A stretch of DNA of 21,929 nt from an uncultured bacterium (GTDB lineage Bacteria > Zixibacteria > MSB-5A5 > JAABVY01 > JAHJOQ01), in assembly GCA_965369655.1 (NCBI GenBank), contig CBDUQR010000044.1, forward strand, positions 1-21,929, in the 5' to 3' direction. The position numbers and the translations under genes were made by a program. The notes under the pieces were generated by a model that saw only the letters and a program-made list of their open reading frames with translations, was not told the origin of the DNA and did not search any database. Shown here in pieces: positions 8,490-15,952 of this stretch (position 1 is its first letter; every line of letters starts with the position of its first letter).

Positions 8490-10313
8490 TCATTCTTTGT
8501 CCACGATACGCAGCTTCAGTTCATCGAGTTGCTTTTTGTCGATTGGAGATGGGGCGGAATCCATAAGTGATTGTGCGGCTGTTGTTTTAGGGAACGCTAT
8601 GACGTCTCGGATCGATGGAGTTCCGCATAACAGTGCGACGATTCGGTCGAGCCCGGGAGCGATCCCGCCGTGAGGCGGCGCCCCGAATCTAAGAGCCTTC
8701 AGGAGAAAACCGAAGCGTTCTATGGCTTCCTTGTCGCTCATCCCAAGCACGTTGAGTATACGCTGCTGGATATCGCTCCGATGATTCCGTATTCCGCCAG
8801 ATGCGATTTCGACGCCGTTCAGCACGAGGTCGTACTGATTAGCGCGAATCCGTCCCCAGGGATGATCCTCGCCGAGTTCCTCCACAGACTGCTTGAAACC
8901 ATCCTCCAAGAGTTCCATGTCTTCCTCGCGCGGGGAAGTCACGATATTGTGCATGGCATCGAAGCGCTTCTCGTCCGGGTTGAATTCAAACAGTGGAAAA
9001 TCTGTCACCCAGAGGAATCGCCATATCGATTCATCGACAAAGCCGAATCGTTTGCAAAGCTCTCCCCTGAGGGCTCCGAGCGATTTATTGGCTACGGAAG
9101 CCCCGTCGGCAACTATAAACAGGATGTCTCCGATGCCAACATTGCCGCGTTCGTAGATCGCCGAGAGCTCTGTCTCACTGAGAAACCTGGCCACTGTCGA
9201 CTTGACCTTCTCTTCGGTCCTGCCGATATATGCTAACCCCTTCGCACCGTGAATCTTCGCCAACTCCTCTATTTCCGATATCTGTTTCCGCGAAAGATCA
9301 GCCTTGCCGGGGATTCGCAGTCCCTTGACTACGCCTCCCGATTTCACCGTATCTGCAAAGACCCTGAAGCCGCAGTCCCTGACCGTATCGGAGAGGTCGA
9401 CAAGTTCGAGAAAAATTCTCAGGTCAGGCTTATCTGACCCATATCTGTTCATCACTTCGTCGAACGTGCAGCGCGGGAAGGGAGTCTCTATGTCTGCGTC
9501 GATAGTCTTCTTGAAGCCGTACGCCATCATACGCTCTGTGGTCATAAAGATATCATCGATCGTCACGAAGCTCATCTCCATGTCAATCTGGGTGTGCTCC
9601 GGCTGACGATCGGATCTCAGGTCCTCATCGCGCAGGCAGCGCGCTATCTGAAAATATTTGTCGAATCCCGAGATCATCAGAATCTGCTTGAACAACTGCG
9701 GCGATTGTGGAAGCGCGTAGAATTTGCCCGGGCTGACCCGCGAGGGGACAACATAGTCCCTGGCGCCTTCGGGCGTCGACCTGATAAGCATCGGCGTTTC
9801 GATTTCGAGGAAGCCCTCGCTATCGAGATGGTCGCGAATCGCCTTCACGAATCTGTGCCTGAGAATTATATTCTCGGCGAGCGGTCGCCTTCGAAGATCC
9901 AGATACCTGTATGTCAGGCGCAATTCCTCGCTGGCGTCGGGTTCATCGTCGAGCATAAACGGCAGGACATCCGACTCGGATAAAATTGCGAAATCGCGTG
10001 CTTCAAGCTCGATCGCTCCTGTCTGCATGTCAGAATTTATCATCCCTTCAGGTCTCGGAACGACCTTTCCGGTGACAGAAATGACGAATTCAAAACGGAG
10101 TTTGCCTGCCAACTTCATCAGTTCGGCATCTACCGTCTCGGGACGGAAAACAACCTGCATCACGCCGTAACGATCCCTCAGATCGATGAAAATCAGTCCG
10201 CCGTGATCCCGTCGGGCATGAACCCATCCATTCAGAGTGACAGTGTTACCCTTGTCGGCGAGTGAGAGTTCGCCGCACGTGTGTGTTCGTTTCAATTCGC
10301 TGAATGGTTTCAT
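8490..10313 (-). CDS. aspS: Aspartate--tRNA ligase, probably non-discriminating (Asp/Asn)
   Basis: RTHTCGEL, RRDHGGLIFIDLRD, RYLDLRR, STPEGARDY, LPQSPQLFKQ, YGSDKPDLR, GAPPHGG, IRDVIAFPKT. ATG at 10313 (MKPFSELKRTH, GAGGG upstream) is preferred over the track's TTG at 10346. Confidence 0.96.
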   Translation of the reverse strand: MKPFSELKRTHTCGELSLADKGNTVTLNGWVHARRDHGGLIFIDLRDRYGVMQVVFRPETVDAELMKLAGKLRFEFVISVTGKVVPRPEGMINSDMQTGAIELEARDFAILSESDVLPFMLDDEPDASEELRLTYRYLDLRRRPLAENIILRHRFVKAIRDHLDSEGFLEIETPMLIRSTPEGARDYVVPSRVSPGKFYALPQSPQLFKQILMISGFDKYFQIARCLRDEDLRSDRQPEHTQIDMEMSFVTIDDIFMTTERMMAYGFKKTIDADIETPFPRCTFDEVMNRYGSDKPDLRIFLELVDLSDTVRDCGFRVFADTVKSGGVVKGLRIPGKADLSRKQISEIEELAKIHGAKGLAYIGRTEEKVKSTVARFLSETELSAIYERGNVGIGDILFIVADGASVANKSLGALRGELCKRFGFVDESIWRFLWVTDFPLFEFNPDEKRFDAMHNIVTSPREEDMELLEDGFKQSVEELGEDHPWGRIRANQYDLVLNGVEIASGGIRNHRSDIQQRILNVLGMSDKEAIERFGFLLKALRFGAPPHGGIAPGLDRIVALLCGTPSIRDVIAFPKTTAAQSLMDSAPSPIDKKQLDELKLRIVDKE

Positions 10314-10352
10314 ATGCTCAAATACCCTCTTCGTCGTTTGAATCAAGCGGTT

Positions 10353-10381
10353 AAAATACCCTCAGATGTCTGAAAAATCAA
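10353..10381 (-). promoter_or_regulatory. Putative aspS promoter
   Basis: TTGATT-N17-TATTTT; the spacer contains the palindrome TCAGA-CA-TCTGA. Confidence 0.45.
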
Positions 10382-10791
10382 GGACTCTGTGTTTCCTGTC
10401 GACCTAAGCGATGGATAAACAGAGAAGCTATCCCGATAATAACGATGGCGAGGACAAGCCCGCCAACATCCGCAAGCCAGTCCCCGAACTGCGATGCGCG
10501 CCCTGGAATATAGACCTGGTGGAGTTCATCTATCGCTCCAATCGCGGCTCCTGTCGTGAGTGTCAGGAAAGCGCGACCGAGGAACGCTTTGAGTTTCGGC
10601 CAGAATCCGAAGGCTCGGAAAAGAAAGAACGCGAGACCGGCATACTCGGAGAAATGGTATACCTTGTCTTCCCATGATAATCCGAGGCGGGGTGGAACGA
10701 GAGAAGGCATGGATGAAACCGTGAACACCAGCGCCAGATAGATTATTACAGGCAGGATTTTCGACAGGAATCGCTTTGTGCCCTCTTGCAT
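10378..10791 (-). CDS. VanZ family membrane protein
   Basis: DKVYHFSEYAGL and GAIDELHQVYIPGRASQFGDWLAD are VanZ-family signatures; 4 TMs. Confidence 0.9.
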   Translation of the reverse strand: MQEGTKRFLSKILPVIIYLALVFTVSSMPSLVPPRLGLSWEDKVYHFSEYAGLAFFLFRAFGFWPKLKAFLGRAFLTLTTGAAIGAIDELHQVYIPGRASQFGDWLADVGGLVLAIVIIGIASLFIHRLGRQETQSP

Positions 10792-10800
10792 CGTTCAACG

Positions 10801-10828
10801 AAGATAACCTGTTGAATTCTGTTCGCAA
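10801..10828 (-). promoter_or_regulatory. Putative promoter for the VanZ gene (near-leaderless)
   Basis: TTGCGA-N16-TATCTT ending 9 nt before the ATG; no SD visible. Confidence 0.5.
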
Positions 10829-10967
10829 GCGGCTTTTTGCCGGTGCATCGAGTATGAATTCTTGAAATATCGCCTGGCGCAGGGATTGTCCTCTTTCAGG
10901 TCGAATATTATTGCCGTATGCAGAAAACCGACTGATAACAGCGGAATCTGAGTCATTCCGATCTGTA

Positions 10968-11122
10968 CCAGGATTTTCTGCGCAAACATCTCGACTCCGA
11001 GAAACCAGGCCTGTCGGTTCGCATTAGAGCTATGAAGAGCGTGCGCGAACGAGGGAATGTCGGCACACGTGCTCACCGACAGGCCATGTTCCTCCTATCC
11101 CTTACCAGTCTCCATTCCCTGG
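10968..11122 (-). ncRNA. Candidate structured RNA (long irregular hairpin), family unknown
   Basis: Minus strand: closing stem CCAGGG/UCCUGG; large internal bubble; 24-position stem AGGAACAUGGCCUGUCGGUGAGCA / UGCGAACCGACAGGCCUGGUUUCU with 11 consecutive Watson-Crick pairs; apical hairpin CGUGUGC/GCGCACG. G-U wobbles occur on the minus strand only. Confidence 0.5.
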
Positions 11123-11154
11123 CTATTGATAACACATGGTGGTGACAGAATCCG

Positions 11155-11724
11155 TCACTCAAAATTGCAGTTTTTCAGGATTCCTAAAACTTTGTCCTGC
11201 AGGAGTGCCCTGTAATGGAAGCCACCTTTGTCGCTTGCGAGCATCATTTGTTTGAAGAGAACGAACGTATCTGCTCCGGCGAGGCTGACTTCACGAATCT
11301 CTCCAGTGTCCAGCGGGATCAGATCACCTGAGAGAAAATCAGCGAGAAACACATAACTGGTCCAGGCGACAGCCTCAGATCCGCAATAGAATTCGACCTC
11401 TGACCTCAGGATATATCTGACCAATTCTATTCGACAGCCTGTTTCCTCGAGCGCTTCTCTCGTGGCGCCTTCGACAAAATCCTCGCCGGGATTTACGCCG
11501 CCGGAGGGTGCTCTGTATAGTCCTCTGGGATAGAAGTGTTTGGCGATGACAATGAACTGGTCGTCTTTTCTGATGAAGAGTGTGACGTCGTGTCTGCGAC
11601 CGTTTTTCTGGCTCGCCTTGAGACCCTCAAACTCCTCCGGATTCATCTCGAAACGAGAACCGATCACCTCCGGTCTGCCGTAGAGCTGCTCGATCCGCTC
11701 GATTGTGTCAGCCTTCAGATACAT
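11155..11724 (-). CDS. Nudix hydrolase
   Basis: Complete Nudix box GGVNPGEDFVEGATREALEETG. Confidence 0.92.
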   Translation of the reverse strand: MYLKADTIERIEQLYGRPEVIGSRFEMNPEEFEGLKASQKNGRRHDVTLFIRKDDQFIVIAKHFYPRGLYRAPSGGVNPGEDFVEGATREALEETGCRIELVRYILRSEVEFYCGSEAVAWTSYVFLADFLSGDLIPLDTGEIREVSLAGADTFVLFKQMMLASDKGGFHYRALLQDKVLGILKNCNFE

Positions 11725-11771
11725 TGTTCTGTTCCGATCATGCGTCCGGCCTCGCTGAAATACAGATTTCG

Positions 11772-11799
11772 AATATAATGGATTTCATTTCGAATTCAA
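11772..11799 (-). promoter_or_regulatory. Putative promoter for the Nudix gene
   Basis: TTGAAT-N16-TATATT about 48 nt upstream of the ATG. Confidence 0.55.
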
Positions 11800-11938
11800 T
11801 TGCCTCGACGCGACTGAAATATCCAGCACTCGAATCAGCGTTGTAACGGAACCACAACATATTGGTTTCCCTGATATGTATTCGGCGCTGATCGGCCTGT
11901 CATGAGAGGGTGATGCCGTGGTCAGTCTGAGAGTGAAT

Positions 11939-13153
11939 CTAATTGCTGCACTGGGGTGGTCCGCCCATAAAGATATAGTTGACGAGCTTCAATATATCGA
12001 TGATGTTTGTCCTGCCGTCGCAATTCCAGTCTCCGGCGTGCAGCGGGCATGGCGATGGGCCGCTCAGGAATATGTACTCGATCAACCTGATGAGATCATC
12101 GATGTCGATCTCAGACTCATACGTGAGATCTCCAACTAGGTATGGAAATTCGAGGGGGCCGATGTCGGTCCGTAAGCCTCCAATGACCGGCTCCGGATTC
12201 GTGCCGCTGCCCGCATCAATGACAACGGATGAGCAGAAAGTTGCATAGCTGAAGCCTTCGATTCCTGTGATCAGGGGATCTCTGAACAGGTTGAAGAAAC
12301 TGTCGCACGGGATTCCGTTGTAGTTGACGTAACATGTAGTGTCGCCTACCAGCGTGTCGGTCCCTCCAACATCTCCGCCGGTATTGTCCCAGAAGTTGTT
12401 ATACTGAATCGAGGTCAGCGGGTCGTCATAGAGGATCCCGCCTATGTCAGGAGCCTGATTCCAGATGATGATGTTATCGGTGAAGATTGATCCGGGGCTC
12501 TCTATCGATCTGATGGCGCCGCCGTCGGATGATGCGTTATTCGATGCCAGTATGTTGTCCTCCACGCGGACGGATGCTGCGCCGACATCAATCCCTGCAC
12601 CGCTCGCGGAGAAGTTGCTGATGATCAGGTTCTTTTCGATGATCGGGGAGCTGTTGTAGACCGCCATTCCTCCCCCGCAGGTTGCGCTGTTGATGGTGAT
12701 GACGTTATACGTAATGACGGGAGAAGCCTGATCACAAATCAATATCCCACCACCGGCATATCGATTGCCCAGGAAGGTTCCGATGCCTCCGGTTATTGTA
12801 AAACCTCCCACGACCGTTCCGTTTGCCTGCTCGCCCTTGATCGCGACAGCGCTTGCGTATTCCGGGCTGTCAGGAACCGACCCGTCGATGATGGTCTGTG
12901 ATATGATCTCAAACGACTGGTCGAGCACGAAATGGCTGAGGAGAAATACCTTTTTGTTCTCAATCACTATGTTTTCAACGTAACGTCCGGGCGCGACAAG
13001 GATCGTGTCACCATTGCCAGCCTCGATTATCGCAGAGGAAATATCTAACTGATCCTGGGGTACGTTGATCGTTCTCGCAAAAGCAAATTCCGCAAGGAGC
13101 AGAACAAGAAGCAAAACGCCCGAATGAGTTTTCACCGCCAACACTCGCATCAA
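11939..13153 (-). CDS. Secreted right-handed beta-helix (pectin-lyase-fold) protein with C-terminal dockerin-like domain
   Basis: Signal peptide (AFA|RT); 'GDTILVAPGRYVENI'; repeated GGGI / N-ladder coils; tail GDLTYESEIDIDDLIRLIEYIF...GDWNCDGRTNIIDILKLVNYIFMGGPPQC. The start may be the ATG at 13150. Confidence 0.88.
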   Translation of the reverse strand: MMRVLAVKTHSGVLLLVLLLAEFAFARTINVPQDQLDISSAIIEAGNGDTILVAPGRYVENIVIENKKVFLLSHFVLDQSFEIISQTIIDGSVPDSPEYASAVAIKGEQANGTVVGGFTITGGIGTFLGNRYAGGGILICDQASPVITYNVITINSATCGGGMAVYNSSPIIEKNLIISNFSASGAGIDVGAASVRVEDNILASNNASSDGGAIRSIESPGSIFTDNIIIWNQAPDIGGILYDDPLTSIQYNNFWDNTGGDVGGTDTLVGDTTCYVNYNGIPCDSFFNLFRDPLITGIEGFSYATFCSSVVIDAGSGTNPEPVIGGLRTDIGPLEFPYLVGDLTYESEIDIDDLIRLIEYIFLSGPSPCPLHAGDWNCDGRTNIIDILKLVNYIFMGGPPQCSN

Positions 13154-13279
13154 ATCGTGATATTGTTCCCTAAACGGTCAACTCAACGAAGCAAAGCAAC
13201 AGCCGATAACCCAGCAATTATGCTCGCTTCACAGTTCACCGCCTGGTGCTGACGGGTGGTACAATGTACCGCTATCTAA

Positions 13280-13307
13280 ATAATAACAAAATCACATGTG
13301 ATGTCAA
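13280..13307 (-). promoter_or_regulatory. Promoter with a palindromic operator in the spacer
   Basis: TTGACA-N16-TATTAT with extended -10 TG; perfect palindrome ATCACATGTGAT at 13291-13302. Confidence 0.65.
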
Positions 13308-13315
13308 GTTTAACT

Positions 13316-14269
13316 TCATTCCTCGGAGCCGCCGGTATAGATGTCGATGTTGTCCCAGAGCTTCAGGATCAGGGCGAGTCCCCGGTCTCTGTCAGGGGTA
13401 TGCACCAGACCCACCAGGCGGCCCGCTCTCGACGTCATGATTACTTTTCCATACCGTTCGTCATCGTAGAAATAGACTGCAATATCGGCTATCTTAGCTT
13501 CCCTGACAGTATTGCCCGAATTCGACACAAACTGTTTGTACTGCTCGAGTTCCGCCGTGGATCCCGACGGAATGAATGCGAGCATCGACACGGAATCGCC
13601 GAGGTCGTAGTCGCAAGTATACGCGGGTGAAAAGCATTTGACATCGAGAAAGTCTGACGGAAAATATCGCTCAGTGTTCTCGATTTTTCCTGTGTCCGGC
13701 ATGAGGCTGACTGCGACAGGGAAGCCTGTCTCACCGCCGATGCGTCTGTCAACAGCCCTCCCGAGATAGAGAGCCGCACTGTCGGAGGCATCCGATGATG
13801 AATATCCGGTAACCCGAACAAGATATACCGAATCGCAGAATACGAACCTGCCTGCATCGAAGTAGCCCTGAGTTCCGACATCAGCGAATGTCAGATCGGG
13901 TGTGCGATTCAGAGCATATGCCCCGAAGGCGTGCGATTGATCGATAAATCTGTAAATATCGACCGAGAACTGCAATTCCGAGTCGGTCGATCTGTAGTCC
14001 GCGGCTGCGGCGCCGATCACGCCAAAGCGAAAGAGCGTGTCGGCCTCTATGCCGATGTAGTCTCGAAGATTGTCTTTCTCGAATACTTGATCACTCGAAG
14101 CTTTCTCGAATCCGGTCATTTCTTCCGTGCGGGGGAGTTTCGCGGCAGTCTCCGCCGACATCCTGCCATCGCCTCGATCCTGAGTAATCTCTGGTTTGTC
14201 GTTCGTCTTGTCATTCCCGCCGCACCCGATCAGGAGCGTGAGCGCCACCGCGAAGTATCTCAATTTCAT
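13316..14269 (-). CDS. Lipoprotein, DUF6599-like
   Basis: Lipobox LLIG|C; SD GGAGG; 'NLRDYIG.EA..L..FG', 'VDIYRF....AFGAY' resemble DUF6599, which commonly accompanies DUF362/4Fe-4S genes. Family call is from memory. Confidence 0.75.
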   Translation of the reverse strand: MKLRYFAVALTLLIGCGGNDKTNDKPEITQDRGDGRMSAETAAKLPRTEEMTGFEKASSDQVFEKDNLRDYIGIEADTLFRFGVIGAAAADYRSTDSELQFSVDIYRFIDQSHAFGAYALNRTPDLTFADVGTQGYFDAGRFVFCDSVYLVRVTGYSSSDASDSAALYLGRAVDRRIGGETGFPVAVSLMPDTGKIENTERYFPSDFLDVKCFSPAYTCDYDLGDSVSMLAFIPSGSTAELEQYKQFVSNSGNTVREAKIADIAVYFYDDERYGKVIMTSRAGRLVGLVHTPDRDRGLALILKLWDNIDIYTGGSEE

Positions 14270-14296
14270 GACCTGTATCCTCCGTTGATCCGAAAT

Positions 14297-15952
14297 CTAT
14301 CGTCGCTTTTCAAGAAGTATCTGATTCTTTATCGATCTTGTCTCACCAATCGCTGTGACATAGATAGCTGGTTTGTCGACTACCGGGCAGGCATATTCAC
14401 AGGCGCCGCAGCCGATACATCTCGCCGGATCGACATACGGCCGGTTCAGGGTGACCTGCTTGCCGTCCGGATCGATCGACTTCCTCTCGACAAGATATAT
14501 CGCTTTGGGTGATGTCGGGCACCATTCCTCGCAAACCTGGCATGGTGTGGCCATCGCATACGGAAGACAGCGGCCTCTGTCAAAAAACGCCGTTCCTATC
14601 GAGATGGCCGGGCGGTCCTTCGTGCCGACTTTATCTTCGAGCGAAATCTCTCGTATGGCGCCTGTCGGGCAGACCTGACTGCAGAGTGTGCATGTATGCT
14701 CGCAGTATCCGATTCTCGCGATGAGAATCGGCGACCAGATACCCTCCCAGCCCGCTTCGAGGAATGTAGGATGCAGAGCGTTGTTCGGACAGACCTTCAT
14801 GCACTCACCGCAGCGAATGCACCTTGACAGAAACTGATCTTCAGATACCGAGCCGGGTGGACGGATCAGTAGTTCGTTGGAATTAACATCGAAATTGTCG
14901 CCTGAACGAAACATCGGCACCATCGCAGCTCCGCCAACGAGCGATCCAATGACTTTCCTTCTTGAAATGTCCGGCGCAGGCAGCGCCTGATCTTTCGAGT
15001 CCTTTGGAAACAGCTTGAATTTGATGACTGACTCCGGACAGATCGCCTGGCAGTTGAGACAGAGATGACACTCGGATTTCTTCCATGGCACCCCCCCCTG
15101 CGGATCGTCTCCTCCCTGACAGTGCAGGAGGCAGAGGTTACAGTCGGTGCATGCTTCGTGATTTTTCTCCATTCCGAGAATCGACCATCGCGAGAGAAGT
15201 CCTAACAGCGCGCCGAGCGGGCATATACCCCTGCACCAAAACCGCGTGAACCACCTGTTCGATGCGAGTACGAGGAAAAAGAACAGGCCGAGCGATATTA
15301 TTGTGTGGTAGTGAACCGGCTTGACTGTCAGGAGAATGTTCTGGGAAATCCAGTTGAGTCCGTATCCCATGATTGAGAAGGCTTCAATGCCTGAACTGGC
15401 GAGGAGACTGCCCACAGAATCAAGGAGGTAACCGACCATCGGGATAATCACGAGGCCTATCGAGCGCATCAGGAGTGACAGCGGATCGAGCACGCCTGCG
15501 AGAAGCGATGTCAGCAGGGACGATCCTATCAGTAAGATCAAAATGTAGAACTTGAGCTTCTGATACCGGTGCCAGCGGTTCGATTCGATAACATTGACGC
15601 CGAGCAGAGATTTGCGATTGCCCTTTCCCGACGAGAGCATCTGGTTGACAGTACCCATCGGACAGACCCATCCGCAGAAGAACCGTCCGAAGAACAAAGT
15701 CAACACAACGACAATCAGCGACCAGATCAGACCGTCATACAGTCGCCAGGTCGACAGCACGGTCATGATCGACACGAGCGGATCGATCTGGAAAAAAACA
15801 GCAACCGGCCACGCCAGCCTGAAATCGCGAATAGAATCGGGCGAAAGCGCTCCGGAAAATCCTGTTTTGAGAAGGAGCAACAGGAACAGAGCCAGAAATG
15901 CGCCCTGTGAGAATCGTCGAAGATTGCGAACTGTTCTAATAGTCATACTCAC
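14297..15952 (-). CDS. Membrane polyferredoxin (NapH/MauN-like TM domain fused to NapG/MauM-like ferredoxin)
   Basis: GRFFCGWVCPMG and RFWCRGICPLG motifs; CxxCxxCxxxC clusters; IRPPGS....FLSRCIRCGECMKVCP; CIGCGACEYACP. GTG start overlaps the DUF362 stop. Confidence 0.92.
   Translation of the reverse strand: MSMTIRTVRNLRRFSQGAFLALFLLLLLKTGFSGALSPDSIRDFRLAWPVAVFFQIDPLVSIMTVLSTWRLYDGLIWSLIVVVLTLFFGRFFCGWVCPMGTVNQMLSSGKGNRKSLLGVNVIESNRWHRYQKLKFYILILLIGSSLLTSLLAGVLDPLSLLMRSIGLVIIPMVGYLLDSVGSLLASSGIEAFSIMGYGLNWISQNILLTVKPVHYHTIISLGLFFFLVLASNRWFTRFWCRGICPLGALLGLLSRWSILGMEKNHEACTDCNLCLLHCQGGDDPQGGVPWKKSECHLCLNCQAICPESVIKFKLFPKDSKDQALPAPDISRRKVIGSLVGGAAMVPMFRSGDNFDVNSNELLIRPPGSVSEDQFLSRCIRCGECMKVCPNNALHPTFLEAGWEGIWSPILIARIGYCEHTCTLCSQVCPTGAIREISLEDKVGTKDRPAISIGTAFFDRGRCLPYAMATPCQVCEEWCPTSPKAIYLVERKSIDPDGKQVTLNRPYVDPARCIGCGACEYACPVVDKPAIYVTAIGETRSIKNQILLEKRR

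Noticed and set aside
10314-10346. TTG start for aspS
   Set aside because: The ATG at 10313 has an SD-like GAGGG and gives a typical AspRS N-terminus.
10960-11135. SAM-I riboswitch, T-box, SRP, RNase P or tmRNA identity for the structured region
   Set aside because: TTATCAATAG..GACTGG loosely resembles the SAM-I 5' end, but GCAACC and the P1 partner are missing. No T-box GGTGGNACC, SRP GGAAG-CAGC loop, RNase P GAGGAAAGTCC or tRNA-like ends on the relevant strand.
13240-13262. c-di-AMP (ydaO) riboswitch suggested by ACCCGTCAG here and at about 17485
   Set aside because: The following CTAAC and the upstream conserved blocks are absent; a 9-nt match is compatible with chance.
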